Source: Archaeoglobaceae archaeon
GTDB lineage: Archaea; Halobacteriota; Archaeoglobi; Archaeoglobales; Archaeoglobaceae
Direction: 5' to 3'
NCBI GenBank assembly: GCA_021163065.1
Contig: JAGGXN010000075.1
Location: 1-37,319 of the forward strand
Length of the DNA stretch: 37,319 bases
The notes beneath the pieces are model-generated. The model was not told where the DNA came from. It searched no databases and was given only the letters and a program-made list of their open reading frames with translations. This document shows, piece after piece, positions 9,104 through 18,978 of the stretch; the first letter of the stretch is position 1, and every line of letters starts with the position of its first letter. The position numbers and the translations under genes are program-made.

Positions 9104-9203
9104 GTTGTTAAATGGGAAGATTAATACATAACACTTTCGAAATTATCTGTGGTTAAATTACACATGATTAAAAAATTTCGTAAGCAATTTCTAATTATTT
9201 CAA

Positions 9204-10265
9204 TTACTCCAGTCCAATATACTCGGCAATTTTTTTAAGGTCGACAAAGCTTTCAACAAGCTCCTTAACCCTATTAACTTTTACATCCCCTCTAACCCTA
9301 GACTTTCCAAAAATCTCATCTAATTTCTCCGTAGTCGTTAAAGTATCGTCTCTAACGAGTATTACCGGAATGTTCCTTTCCTTAGCTTTTTCCAAAACTA
9401 CTTGTGGGGGTTTTAAATTTCCGGTTAGTATCAAACACTTTATGTTCATCGATTCCAATGCTACTAAATGCAAGTCAAGTCTGTCACCACCAGTTATTAA
9501 AGCAGCGTTGCGTGCATTTCTAAAGTATTTTATTGCCGATTGGGGGGACATGGCTCCAATGATTAGTTGCTCAATGATCATATCTTGTCCTTCAACTAAA
9601 AACTCCCCACTTAAAGATTTTCTTATCTCACTAACAAACAATCCAGCCAAGATTGAATCTTTCGGAATCATACCCACTAAGTCCATACCACTTTTTTGAA
9701 GCAAAGCACCTGCAACAGCCTCTATATATGTCCTTTTATATCCTGTTATTTGATTAAATAATGCTAAACCCAATTTCTCTTCAAATAGTTCCTTAGATGC
9801 AAGTAATCTATCTAATACAAAATCATTTGAATACTTAACAACCATCAAAACCTTGGTATCAAGAATTGTTGAAATTGTCAAATCACAAATTCCAATTGAC
9901 CTTCCAACTTTGTAATCTACTGCTCCTTCAACTAAAACTACATCCTTATCTTCAGAAATTTTGTTGTAGGAATCAATTATTTTCTTTCTCAACTCTTCAG
10001 GTTCTGCCAAATGTACAAATTCAACATACGGCTTGTCAAGTAGAATTGGGCATACATAATCGATCTCATCACTTATTCCCAAAACTTCAGCTGTGTTATA
10101 GGCATCTTCATCTATTAACTTTCCATCTAAATAACTTGTTTTTACACCAAAAGGCTTAAAATAACCAACTTTGTATCCCATTTCCCTTAATATAAGCCCC
10201 AAGGCGATTATAAATGCACTCTTTCCAGAGTATTCTTCTATTGATGATATTTGCAAACTTTTCAT
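9204..10265 (-). CDS. DRTGG-domain protein with a BioD/Pta-N-terminal-like P-loop domain
   Basis: The N-terminus has [13 protein letters not shown] (P-loop-like) and the C-terminus has [14 protein letters not shown]...LILTG (DRTGG). This is the architecture of the N-terminal regulatory part of phosphotransacetylase. Confidence 0.6.
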   Translation of the reverse strand: MKSLQISSIEEYSGKSAFIIALGLILREMGYKVGYFKPFGVKTSYLDGKLIDEDAYNTAEVLGISDEIDYVCPILLDKPYVEFVHLAEPEELRKKIIDSYNKISEDKDVVLVEGAVDYKVGRSIGICDLTISTILDTKVLMVVKYSNDFVLDRLLASKELFEEKLGLALFNQITGYKRTYIEAVAGALLQKSGMDLVGMIPKDSILAGLFVSEIRKSLSGEFLVEGQDMIIEQLIIGAMSPQSAIKYFRNARNAALITGGDRLDLHLVALESMNIKCLILTGNLKPPQVVLEKAKERNIPVILVRDDTLTTTEKLDEIFGKSRVRGDVKVNRVKELVESFVDLKKIAEYIGLE

Positions 10266-10346
10266 TAACTTTGCATCTACTTCAATTTTAAAAGTTTTTT
10301 GTAAGATATGGAAAAGCTGATAAACGATTCAATTTTAGAGGACTCA

Positions 10347-11228
10347 ATGGAAAATGTTGATGAGTCTGAAGCTATTAAAAAAACAATCAAAGCTGGAGAG
10401 GTTCTAAAAAAAGTTAAGGAAGAAGCAGTAAAATTGATTAAGCCAGGTGTAAAGATTTTAGAAGTTGCAGAATTCGTAGAAAGTAGAATAAAAGAGTTGG
10501 GGGCTGAGCCGGCTTTTCCATGTAATTTATCTATCAACAGTGACGCTGCTCATTTTACACCAAAAAAGAATGATAGCAGAGTTTTCAAAGATGGTGATTT
10601 AGTAAAGCTCGACATTGGCTCTCATATTGATGGTTACATTGCCGATACAGCAGTAACTGTTGATTTAGGAGACAATGAAAACCTAGTTGAAGCTGCAAAG
10701 GCAGCATTAAAGGCTGGAATCGAAGTTGTGCATGCTGGTGTTGATACAGCGGAAATCGGAAAGGCTATTGAGAATGCTATAAAAGAGTTTGGATATAAAC
10801 CAGTTGTTAACTTGACTGGGCATGGTTTACTGCCATACTTGGCTCATGCTCCTCCAACAATTTACAACTTCAGTATAGAAAGAGGTGTAAAGCTAGAGGA
10901 GGGAACTATTATTGCTATTGAACCTTTTGCAACAAACGGGATCGGAAAGGTTGTTGAAAAAGCTGAGTGCGAAATTTATTCTGTTGTTTCAAAAAAGCCA
11001 GTTAGGATGAAAATGGCAAGACAGATTTTAAAGGAAGTTGAAAGGTATAAAACACTACCATTTGCAAAAAGATGGCTTACAAAAGCACCAGACGTTATAA
11101 TTGGAAAACTTGTAAGGGATGGAATTTTGAGAGGTTATCCAGTATTAACGGAAGTTAGCAATGGGCTGGTTTCACAAGCTGAGCATACGATAATAGTTGA
11201 GGAGAACGGAGCCAGGATTGTAACATGA
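10347..11228 (+). CDS. map: Methionine aminopeptidase, type 2 (archaeal)
   Basis: AAHFTP, DLVKLDIGSHIDGYIADTA, HGL, IEPF and AEHT metal-ligand motifs. The ATG at 10347 is preceded by GAGGA. The track start at 10308 is an alternative. Confidence 0.88.
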   Translation: MENVDESEAIKKTIKAGEVLKKVKEEAVKLIKPGVKILEVAEFVESRIKELGAEPAFPCNLSINSDAAHFTPKKNDSRVFKDGDLVKLDIGSHIDGYIADTAVTVDLGDNENLVEAAKAALKAGIEVVHAGVDTAEIGKAIENAIKEFGYKPVVNLTGHGLLPYLAHAPPTIYNFSIERGVKLEEGTIIAIEPFATNGIGKVVEKAECEIYSVVSKKPVRMKMARQILKEVERYKTLPFAKRWLTKAPDVIIGKLVRDGILRGYPVLTEVSNGLVSQAEHTIIVEENGARIVT

Positions 11229-11698
11229 AAAAATTGATAGAGGATAAAGCAAAAAATTTTGGGGTGAAGATTGAAAGCATAATCGAAATTGATCCAAAAA
11301 AAGTAAAAATGGATGCCAGAGCAAGATGGAAATGCAAATTTGGATGTGAATATTATGGAAGAGCCTCATGCCCTCCAAACGTCCCAAATTTTGAGGAATG
11401 TGCTAAATTTATTAAAAGTTACAAGCGTTGCATAGTTATAATTTTTAAATTTGAAAACTACATGGAAGACAAAAGAAAAGCTCAAAGACTGTTGCTCGAC
11501 ATTGAAAAAACAATAATGCCAGAACACCCCTTCGCATTCGCAATTTTTCCAGGTGGTTGTGATGTTTGTGATGTTTGTGATGGAAAAAGCTGCAAGACTA
11601 AAGCCAGACCCTCCGTTTCGGCAATGTGCATAGACATCACGAGTTTCAACATAAACTGGAAAGACGGCTACTCCGTTGGCCTGATTTTAATTGAATAG
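11225..11698 (+). CDS. Predicted metal-binding cysteine-rich protein (DUF2284-like)
   Basis: 157 aa with CKFGCEYYGRASCPPNVP and GGCDVCDVCDGKSC motifs. Its ATG overlaps the map stop (ATGA). Confidence 0.55.
   Translation: MKKLIEDKAKNFGVKIESIIEIDPKKVKMDARARWKCKFGCEYYGRASCPPNVPNFEECAKFIKSYKRCIVIIFKFENYMEDKRKAQRLLLDIEKTIMPEHPFAFAIFPGGCDVCDVCDGKSCKTKARPSVSAMCIDITSFNINWKDGYSVGLILIE
11558..11584 (+). repeat. 9-nt tandem repeat (tgtgatgtt x2, then tgtgatgga) encoding CDV-CDV-CDG
   Basis: Read directly from the sequence. It lies inside the Cys cluster of the DUF2284-like CDS. Confidence 0.9.
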
Positions 11699-12799
11699 CT
11701 AAAGCTTTATTTTCTTTTCATAAGGTGTAAGAATCTCACATCCATTCTTTTTAACAACAACCGTGTCTTCAACCCTTACACCACCCACCTTTTTGTAATA
11801 CAATCCAGGCTCAATTGTTATTACCATTCCCGCTCTTAAAACATCTTCATTTTCGAATATTCTTGGTTCTTCATGCACTTCTAAGCCTATTCCGTGCCCA
11901 GTAGAGTGTATAAATCCCTCTTTAAACCCCTTTCTGATCGTATGATAGCCTCTACTTTCCAAAACATCGCAAACCAAGTTATGAATTTCTTTTGCTTTAA
12001 CACCATCTTTAACTTTTGAAATCGCGGTTTCTTGAGCCTCAATCACAGCATTAAGCATCTCTTCAATTTTCTTATTTTCATTTAAAATAACGGTTCTTGT
12101 GAAGTCTGAAAAGTATCCATGACTCCTACTTTTTGGAAACACATCGAAGATAACATGATCCTCTACTTTTCCAAACCCTATTGAATGTGGATTTGCAGAT
12201 TCTAAACCAGAAGCAACTATTGTGTCTTCCGCTAAATAGCCCATTTTGAATAGAAAAAGTTCAACTTCATTTCTAATTTCTTCACAATTTCTAAATTTTC
12301 TCAAGCATTTTAAAAAGTATTTGAAGGATTCGATGATCGCTGCACTAACGTCTTTTATTTTCTCAATCTCATCTTTCCTCTTAATCATTCTAAGTTTTGA
12401 GAATGGATTTTCAACTACTTCAACTTCAAAATAATTTTTAAGGTAGAACGCTAAGAAAGATGGAAAGTTTGGAGGAATTAAGATTTTCTTAGCCTTATGA
12501 CTTTTGAGTAGACTGACATATGTAAAGGCTAAGGCTTTTCTTGCATCCTTCAAATTTTTAAGATTCTCATAATATCCTAAGTCTGAAAGAGAAGCTATTT
12601 CCTTAACTTTGCTCTCCTTTTCAGCTCTATCTTTTTCCATTTCTGGAACTACAAGCAGATCTGTTCCATCGACTCCTATTGCATAAAGCACAGGATCGGG
12701 TATTTTAAATGAAGTTGAGTAATAGAAGTTTGCATCTCTACTGCTTGCGTATTGCAAAAAGAATTCTGCATCGTATTTTTTAAGCAACTTGTATAGCAT
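11699..12799 (-). CDS. pepQ: Xaa-Pro aminopeptidase/dipeptidase, M24B family
   Basis: 366 aa with DVFP...GYFSDFTRT, HSTGHGIGLEVHE, ITIEPGLY and VRVEDTV metal-ligand motifs. Confidence 0.8.
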   Translation of the reverse strand: MLYKLLKKYDAEFFLQYASSRDANFYYSTSFKIPDPVLYAIGVDGTDLLVVPEMEKDRAEKESKVKEIASLSDLGYYENLKNLKDARKALAFTYVSLLKSHKAKKILIPPNFPSFLAFYLKNYFEVEVVENPFSKLRMIKRKDEIEKIKDVSAAIIESFKYFLKCLRKFRNCEEIRNEVELFLFKMGYLAEDTIVASGLESANPHSIGFGKVEDHVIFDVFPKSRSHGYFSDFTRTVILNENKKIEEMLNAVIEAQETAISKVKDGVKAKEIHNLVCDVLESRGYHTIRKGFKEGFIHSTGHGIGLEVHEEPRIFENEDVLRAGMVITIEPGLYYKKVGGVRVEDTVVVKKNGCEILTPYEKKIKL

Positions 12800-12807
12800 G
12801 CTAAGAA

Positions 12808-13386
12808 TTAGCTTTCAGCATTATATTTTTTATCTTCCAGTCTTTCAATCATGTTTTTCCATTTATAGCTAAAAGGTGGGCCTAAAGCGAAGTAAATTAG
12901 GCTTGACTCCTCAATAGCTTTTTGATACTCTTCATCACCCAAATTCTTCAATTTTTCATAATCTGCCTGCATCTTAGATAATATTTCGTTGTATATCTCA
13001 ATTCCATTCAGCTTAGAATTCTTTACTACCACCATTCTTGAAAGCACTTCTAAAAAAGAATTCACAGCATCACCAAAGCTTAGAATTTCTGAAAGAGAAT
13101 GCTTAAAATCGTTGCCTTTGAGCAATTTTAATGCGGCATTAATGCCCATAAGGTGGTAAATCAATTCTGGAGTGTTAAATGCCGATTCTTTTAGACTATA
13201 AACTTTTCTCCTTCCATCTTTTTTGAATTCTATAATACTTGAATCCATCAAGTCCTTCAAATGCTTAGATAACGTTGGATCTGAGAGCTTTGTTTCATCC
13301 TTTAATGTTGTATAATCCATTGAATGTTTAAACAACGCTAAGAGTATCTTTTTCCTGTTTTTTGAATATTCTTTCTTTTGATACAT
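12808..13386 (-). CDS. Winged-helix transcriptional regulator with an uncharacterised C-terminal domain
   Basis: RKKILLALFKHSMDYTTLKDETKLSDPTLSKHLKDLMDSSIIEFKKDGRRKVYSL is an ArsR/TrmB-like wHTH. The remaining ~120 aa are not recognised. Confidence 0.5.
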   Translation of the reverse strand: MYQKKEYSKNRKKILLALFKHSMDYTTLKDETKLSDPTLSKHLKDLMDSSIIEFKKDGRRKVYSLKESAFNTPELIYHLMGINAALKLLKGNDFKHSLSEILSFGDAVNSFLEVLSRMVVVKNSKLNGIEIYNEILSKMQADYEKLKNLGDEEYQKAIEESSLIYFALGPPFSYKWKNMIERLEDKKYNAES

Positions 13387-13444
13387 CTTATCTTAGCTCA
13401 GTTTAGTTAATTTATAAAATTTTTTGAACAATAGCTTAGGGCAG

Positions 13445-14593
13445 CTAAGAAATTTCATCAAGAGTTTTTTGTTTAGGAATTTTATCCAAGTTAAGAAGTT
13501 TTGAAGCTATCTTACCAACTTTTTCAACGTATTCTCTCTTTGTATAAACTCCTAATCTCCAATTTTCCATTTCAGCCAACTTTAGGGCTTTTATTAATGG
13601 TGAAACTTCTTCAAGCTTGACCAACTCGCCGTCAACATCCACTAAGGCATTGAATTCCTTGACCTCTTCAATTGGCTGGACATCAACTATAACGTACTTT
13701 GCCTCTATTCCAACCTCTCCAGCAATTTCTTCTTCAATTCTCTCCTCATTAATTCTTGTAATCTCTTTCAAATCAACTCTATCCCTTCCAACGTAAATTG
13801 CTCTCTTAAATAGCTTTCTTGAATCAATTAATTCAATCATCTCCTTAGCACAGTTTGAGTTTCTCATCAAGCTTACAACATCAAAATCATCCATGTGTAA
13901 AAGGTTTTTAGCATCAAACCCCTCATTAATCAAAAATTCTAATGCCTTCTCATACATCTTTCTCGCTATTCTACAAACGTGGTGATAATATACCGTAGGA
14001 TACATCATATATCTTGAAATTAATAAAGATTCTGCCGCTTTTAAACCTCCAGATTCTATTATCAGCCTTTTTCCATCAAAGTAAGTCTTGTCTATCAATC
14101 TTTCAACATCAAATACACCGTAGGCAACTCCTGTATAGTAAGAATCCCTAACTAAGTAGTCCATTCTGTCTGTATCGATCTCTCCACTTATTATCGGATT
14201 GAATCTAATGTGTTTTGAGATTTTGTTTAAACTAAATCCGTATTCTTTTAAAACATCTTTCAACTCACCATCAATTATCCTTTTTACATCTTCATGCTCA
14301 TATCTCAAGTACTTTTTGACAATTCTCTCGCTGCTGTGAGAAAAGGGAGGATGCCCTATGTCATGGAGCAAAGCAGCAACAACTATTTCAAGATTATCCG
14401 TTAATTTTGAGGCTATGTGCATGACACCCAAAGAATGCTCGAATCTTGTGTGATTAGCTCCGGGATAAACTAAATTTGCGAATCCAAGCTGTTTAATCCT
14501 CCTCAACCTTTGAAATTGTGGAGTGTCGATTATTTTTAAAATCGTTTCCTCAAGTCTTATCTGACCGTGAATTGGATCTCTAATTGTTTTCAT
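13445..14593 (-). CDS. HD-domain metal-dependent phosphohydrolase (dGTPase/SAMHD1-like family)
   Basis: IRDPIHG, FQRLRRIKQLG, RFEHSLGV, LLHDIGHPPFSH and DTDRMDYLVRDSYYTG motifs. Confidence 0.8.
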   Translation of the reverse strand: MKTIRDPIHGQIRLEETILKIIDTPQFQRLRRIKQLGFANLVYPGANHTRFEHSLGVMHIASKLTDNLEIVVAALLHDIGHPPFSHSSERIVKKYLRYEHEDVKRIIDGELKDVLKEYGFSLNKISKHIRFNPIISGEIDTDRMDYLVRDSYYTGVAYGVFDVERLIDKTYFDGKRLIIESGGLKAAESLLISRYMMYPTVYYHHVCRIARKMYEKALEFLINEGFDAKNLLHMDDFDVVSLMRNSNCAKEMIELIDSRKLFKRAIYVGRDRVDLKEITRINEERIEEEIAGEVGIEAKYVIVDVQPIEEVKEFNALVDVDGELVKLEEVSPLIKALKLAEMENWRLGVYTKREYVEKVGKIASKLLNLDKIPKQKTLDEIS

Positions 14594-14695
14594 TAGAATT
14601 TGTTTCTTTGCATCAAAACTTAATTGTTTTTGTATCTTAAAAATAAGTAATTTAAAATAAAAAAAGATTTAATGAGGAGAGTGTAATGTTGAGCA

Positions 14696-15823
14696 ATGGA
14701 TGATCCATTAGAGATAACAAAAGAATTAATAAAAATAGACACGCGAAATCCTCCTGGAATTACTGAAGAAGCAGTAGAATACTTACAATCACTGTTTTCT
14801 TCTTACAAAACGAAAGTTTATAGGAAAGTCTCAAATAAGCCAAATTTAGTTGTTGAGATTTCTAAGGGTAAGCCCGTTTTAATGCTAACATCCCATCTTG
14901 ACACGGTTCCCTGTGAAGACAAACTTTTAAATCCAATAATTGTGAATGGCAAACTTTACGGAAGAGGGGCTTGCGATGCTAAAGGATGCGTTGCAGCAAT
15001 TTGCTCTGCTGCGTTAAAAGCAAATCCGTCAATAGGCTTAAAGCTTGCATTTACTGCTGACGAGGAGGTTGGAGGAGCTAATGGTTTAGGCTACGTATTT
15101 CCGATCGAAAGAGCAGACTATGTTATAATTGGTGAGCCAAAAAGCATAGATAGCATTGGTGTGATGCAAGCAACAGTCTTATCGCTGGATATAATTATCA
15201 AAGGCGAATCTGGACATACGGCAAATCACGATATTAAGAAAGGAGCTATTTACAAAGCATCTAAGTTTATAATGGAGATGGTAGAAGAATTTTCAAAGCT
15301 GAGAGGAGAGTACAATAAATTTGAGGAATTTTTCAAAAGCATTGGTATGGAATTTGAATTCAAAGGGCATGCAGTCTTTAACCCTGCAATAATTAAAGGA
15401 GGTATCAAAAGAAACGTTATTGCAAATAAGTGCGAGATTAAGGCAGACATAAGGATTTCTCCGTGGATCGATGTAAAGATTGTCAGAGAAATGCTGAATT
15501 ATTCTGATTTAGATGTAAAGGTTAATGGGATATTAAAGCCATATGGAATGCTTGTGGATGATGTTGAAATAGAAAAAGATCTTAGACTTTTAAACCTTTT
15601 AAAATCCGTTGTTGCTAAAAAATTTAAACCAAAAGCTTTCTGCTCCTTAGGTGTTGGAGATTCGAGGTATGTCAGAAAATATGGAACTCCTGCGTTTTAC
15701 TATGGGCCTGGGGGAGATTCAACGTTGCACTCAGAAAACGAGTATGTTAAAATCGACGAATTGTATGGGGTAGCTGAGAATTACAAGGAGATTATTGAAA
15801 AAGCTGACAAGTTTTTAGTATAA
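14696..15823 (+). CDS. M20 family metallo-deacylase (ArgE/DapE/LysK-like)
   Basis: SHLDTVP, GRGACDAKG and FTADEEVGG motifs, 375 aa. Confidence 0.8.
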   Translation: MDDPLEITKELIKIDTRNPPGITEEAVEYLQSLFSSYKTKVYRKVSNKPNLVVEISKGKPVLMLTSHLDTVPCEDKLLNPIIVNGKLYGRGACDAKGCVAAICSAALKANPSIGLKLAFTADEEVGGANGLGYVFPIERADYVIIGEPKSIDSIGVMQATVLSLDIIIKGESGHTANHDIKKGAIYKASKFIMEMVEEFSKLRGEYNKFEEFFKSIGMEFEFKGHAVFNPAIIKGGIKRNVIANKCEIKADIRISPWIDVKIVREMLNYSDLDVKVNGILKPYGMLVDDVEIEKDLRLLNLLKSVVAKKFKPKAFCSLGVGDSRYVRKYGTPAFYYGPGGDSTLHSENEYVKIDELYGVAENYKEIIEKADKFLV

Positions 15824-16246
15824 TTTCAACTTCATCGTGTAAAAACTCTCATCTTCAGAATTCATCGGAATTGTTCTTGCAATCTTAAAGCCAAGTTTTT
15901 CGTAAAGCTTAATTGCATTTTTATTCATCATATCAACATCGATTTCAACTTCTTTGACGTTCATATTTTTCAACATTTCTAGAGTCGTCTTTAGTAATTT
16001 TGTTGCAATACCCTTACTTCTATACCTTGGATGAATCGCAAGCTTCATTATTAAAGCTCTATTTTCTTTGCAGCAAACAGCGACTAAGTAGCCCAACACT
16101 CTCCTTGAACTATCATCTTCGTAGACGATTAATAAATCATTTAGAGCGGCATTAAAGTAGTTGTAGTTCCACGGATTTGGAAATGAAAGTTTTTCTATCT
16201 CAACAATTTCATCCAAATCTTCTTTTTTTGCCAACCTAATTACCAT
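15815..16246 (-). CDS. rimI: GNAT N-acetyltransferase, RimI-like (ribosomal protein / N-terminal acetyltransferase)
   Basis: 143 aa with IEKLSFPNPW and AIHPRYRSKGIATKLL (acetyl-CoA site). Its 3' end overlaps the convergent M20 gene by 9 nt. Confidence 0.75.
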   Translation of the reverse strand: MVIRLAKKEDLDEIVEIEKLSFPNPWNYNYFNAALNDLLIVYEDDSSRRVLGYLVAVCCKENRALIMKLAIHPRYRSKGIATKLLKTTLEMLKNMNVKEVEIDVDMMNKNAIKLYEKLGFKIARTIPMNSEDESFYTMKLKLY

Positions 16247-16306
16247 AGAGGAATTTGATATTGAAGTATTTATGATTTTTGTTTAAGTATATAAAATAAT
16301 TTTTAG

Positions 16307-17083
16307 TTATATCTTAAAAAATTCAAACAATTTTGGATTAGAGAATAAAGAATCTTTTAAATCCACTATATTTCTTTCATTAAGGCTTTTTATCGTATTT
16401 ATACATCTTTCACATATTAAAGCTCCCATGTATTCCTTATAACCCCTTTTAATATTGTAAATATCGTAAATTTTCGTTGTTTTCAATGGATAACCGCAAC
16501 AAAAGCATAAACTTTTCATTGGGCTTTCCTCAATCAATCCTACTTTTTCAGGTATACTTAATGCTGCAATCAAAAAGGCCTCATTGGGACTTTTAAAATT
16601 TTCATAATATCTTACTCTGTCAAAGAATAGCTTTTTACAAGCCTTAGCTACATTTTTTAACAACGATTTGTCCATTTCTCCTTCTTGCAGTCCATAACAC
16701 CAATCGTAAGCTTGAGGCTCTATTGCAACAACTAACTCAATAGAGTGAAAATCAAAATATATGGGAACGAACGGTTGCGCTTTACATGAAGCCGGCTTAT
16801 ATTTATGAATTTCACATTTGTTATTATCCAAAAATATACATGCATTATTTCTCTTTTTTAGCTTATAAATGCCTGGAGCAATTTTGTATGCAAAATCTGA
16901 ATAACCCAAGCTCAACAAAGTTTTGTATTCTTCTTCATTCATATCTGCTGGAGTTTTACAGCATTCAAAGCATTCCCATTCTGGCAAGCAATTAAAAGCG
17001 ACTCCATCATGGTAAATCACTTTTACATTTTTGAAATTAAAATACCGTAAATTTTTGCTCATCAAAACTTCTCTTTTAATCAT
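16307..17083 (-). CDS. YkgJ/UPF0153-type cysteine-cluster (CxxCC) protein with a C-terminal zinc-ribbon-like extension
   Basis: ECFECCKTP and ACIFLDNNKCEIHKYKPASCKAQPF motifs, plus CFCCG...CERC near the C-terminus. The track ORF is trimmed to the ATG at 17083 (alternative 17062), because the longer form overlaps fdhD. Confidence 0.6.
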   Translation of the reverse strand: MIKREVLMSKNLRYFNFKNVKVIYHDGVAFNCLPEWECFECCKTPADMNEEEYKTLLSLGYSDFAYKIAPGIYKLKKRNNACIFLDNNKCEIHKYKPASCKAQPFVPIYFDFHSIELVVAIEPQAYDWCYGLQEGEMDKSLLKNVAKACKKLFFDRVRYYENFKSPNEAFLIAALSIPEKVGLIEESPMKSLCFCCGYPLKTTKIYDIYNIKRGYKEYMGALICERCINTIKSLNERNIVDLKDSLFSNPKLFEFFKI

Positions 17084-17122
17084 ACTTTCAAATTGGATTG
17101 TAAAATATTTTTGTTTTCCGAT

Positions 17123-17794
17123 ATGCTTAAAAAATTTGAGTATGGCGAATGCTTGATGGAAATTGAAAAGATTGGAAAAACCCTTGAAATAGCAAAGGAA
17201 AGGCAATACGTGCTGTCAATAAATGGAGATTCATACTGTGTAATGTGTACACCTACAGATTTGGAAAGCCTAGTCTTAGGATTTATCATTACCGAAGGCT
17301 TTGCAGATAGTATTGAGAAAGTTAAAAGGCTTAAGTTAAATTCCAATGAATTGATTGTTGAGGTTGACTGTGAAAGCTCAAATGCTTGTGATTTAAGAGT
17401 TCATTCAAGAATAAAATATTCAATAGAAGAATTGAGGCAATCATTGGGCTATTTGGACATTGAAGAATACAGAAAAACAAGAGGCTATCACGTTGCATGT
17501 ATTGTAAACAAAAATGGACTGATTAAGAGAGCATACGATGTTAGTAGACACAATGCCGTCAATAAGGTCATTGGGATGTGTTTAAAGGAAAAAATTGATT
17601 TTAGCGAAGTTTTTTTGCTAATTTCGGGCAGAATTTCAAGTAGTATGGCTTTGAAGTGTGTTAGAGCTAAAATTCCATTGATTGTTTCTAAAGCAGCAAT
17701 CTTTGATTCTGCAATTGAAGTTTGCAAAAAAACCGGCTTGTCAGCAGTTTCTTTTGCTACAAACATTGTCGTTAAGGGAGATGCGATAAACTAA
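17123..17794 (+). CDS. fdhD: FdhD-family sulfurtransferase (formate dehydrogenase / Mo-bisPGD enzyme accessory protein)
   Basis: VMCTPTDLESLVLGFIITEGF, GYHVACI, SRHNAVNKVIG and ISGRISSSMALKCVRAKIPLIVSK motifs. Start uncertain among 17093, 17123 and 17156. Confidence 0.8.
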   Translation: MLKKFEYGECLMEIEKIGKTLEIAKERQYVLSINGDSYCVMCTPTDLESLVLGFIITEGFADSIEKVKRLKLNSNELIVEVDCESSNACDLRVHSRIKYSIEELRQSLGYLDIEEYRKTRGYHVACIVNKNGLIKRAYDVSRHNAVNKVIGMCLKEKIDFSEVFLLISGRISSSMALKCVRAKIPLIVSKAAIFDSAIEVCKKTGLSAVSFATNIVVKGDAIN

Positions 17795-17819
17795 AAAATC
17801 CAAAAAGTATTAAATCTAA

Positions 17820-18977
17820 ATGCAAATTAAGCGCATGGATTGGTTTGAAAGGGAAAGAAATTCGTTAATTCAGTTTTATAGAAGACAGAAAGTTGTTTTT
17901 GTAAAAGGAAAGGGTTGCTGGTTGTACGATGAGAATGGCAAAAAATATCTGGATTTAGTAGCTGGAATTGCCGTAGTTGCGATTGGGCATTCTAACAGCA
18001 AGTTTGTAGAAAAGATTTGTAAACAGCTAAAAAATTTAGTTCACGTCTCAAATTTATACTATACAATTCCGCAAATACTACTTGCCGAGAAATTGAAAGA
18101 AATAACGAAGATGGACAAATTCTTCTTCTGTAACAGTGGAACAGAATCTGTTGAAGCTGCGTTGAAAATTTCAAGAAAAGTTACGGGAAAAAAGAAGTTT
18201 GTTGCTTTTGAAAATTCATTCCATGGAAGAACGATGGGAGCTTTGTCAGTAACTTATAAGGAAAAGTTTAGAAAGCCGTTTGAACCTTTGTTAAAGCCAG
18301 TTGAATTCGTAAGGTTTAACGATGTTGAAGATTTGAGAAAGAAAGTTGATGACGATACTGCTGCAATAATAATTGAGCCCATACAAGGAGAAGCTGGCGT
18401 GCATCCAGTAAGTAGAGAGATTATGGAGGAGATCTTCAACCTTAAAGAGAAACATGATTTTTTGGTTGTTTTTGATGAAGTGCAAACAGGCTTTGGAAGA
18501 ACTGGCAAGTGGTTTGGAAAGGATCATTTTGGTTTTCAGCCTGACATAATGACAATGGCAAAAGCAATGGGAAATGGTTTTCCAATTGGATGCGTAGGCG
18601 TTAATGAATCCGTAGCAGAAAAGTTGGAAGTTGGCGAGCACGCTTCAACTTTTGGAGGGAATCCGTTGGCTTGTACAGCATCTTTGGCAACAATAGAAGT
18701 TATTGAGGAGCAAAATTTGGTTGAAAATTCAGCAAAGATTGGAGAATACTTTAGGAGGAAGCTTGAAGAAATTGATTTTGTTAAAGAAGTTAGGGGAAAG
18801 GGGCTGATGATAGGAATGGAATTGGATGTCGATGCTGAAGAAGTTGTTAAAAAAGCTTTAGAAAGTGGACTAGTTATCAACAACACTGATGAAAAAACGT
18901 TGAGGCTTGTGCCGCCATTGATTTTAAGTAAGGATGAAGTTGATTTTGCAATAGAAATTTTGGCGTCTATGAGTTAA
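17820..18977 (+). CDS. argD: Acetylornithine/acetyl-lysine aminotransferase (class III PLP aminotransferase)
   Basis: 385 aa with CNSGTESVEAALK, FHGRT, DEVQTGFGRTG, MAKAMGNGFPIG (PLP lysine) and STFGGNPLA motifs. Confidence 0.85.
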   Translation: MQIKRMDWFERERNSLIQFYRRQKVVFVKGKGCWLYDENGKKYLDLVAGIAVVAIGHSNSKFVEKICKQLKNLVHVSNLYYTIPQILLAEKLKEITKMDKFFFCNSGTESVEAALKISRKVTGKKKFVAFENSFHGRTMGALSVTYKEKFRKPFEPLLKPVEFVRFNDVEDLRKKVDDDTAAIIIEPIQGEAGVHPVSREIMEEIFNLKEKHDFLVVFDEVQTGFGRTGKWFGKDHFGFQPDIMTMAKAMGNGFPIGCVGVNESVAEKLEVGEHASTFGGNPLACTASLATIEVIEEQNLVENSAKIGEYFRRKLEEIDFVKEVRGKGLMIGMELDVDAEEVVKKALESGLVINNTDEKTLRLVPPLILSKDEVDFAIEILASMS

Positions 18978-18978
18978 G

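Noticed and set aside
9104-9203. Short intergenic spacers (9104-9203, 13387-13444, 14594-14695, 16247-16306) inspected for C/D-box sRNAs or riboswitch-like structure.
   Set aside because: No C (RUGAUGA) / D (CUGA) box pairs or extended complementary segments were found. The sequences look like ordinary AT-rich promoter and terminator DNA.
12808-14593. The HD-domain dGTPase/SAMHD1-like protein plus the adjacent wHTH protein, considered as a possible dNTP-depletion antiviral module.
   Set aside because: The HD protein has the motifs and length of the broadly conserved archaeal housekeeping family and sits among peptidase and biosynthetic genes. Nothing in the sequence (no mobile-element context, no partner effector) supports a defence role.
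17123-17794. FdhD taken as evidence for a formate dehydrogenase locus.
   Set aside because: No molybdopterin oxidoreductase subunit is encoded in the window, and the neighbours are unrelated. FdhD is annotated on its own without inferring a local FDH system.
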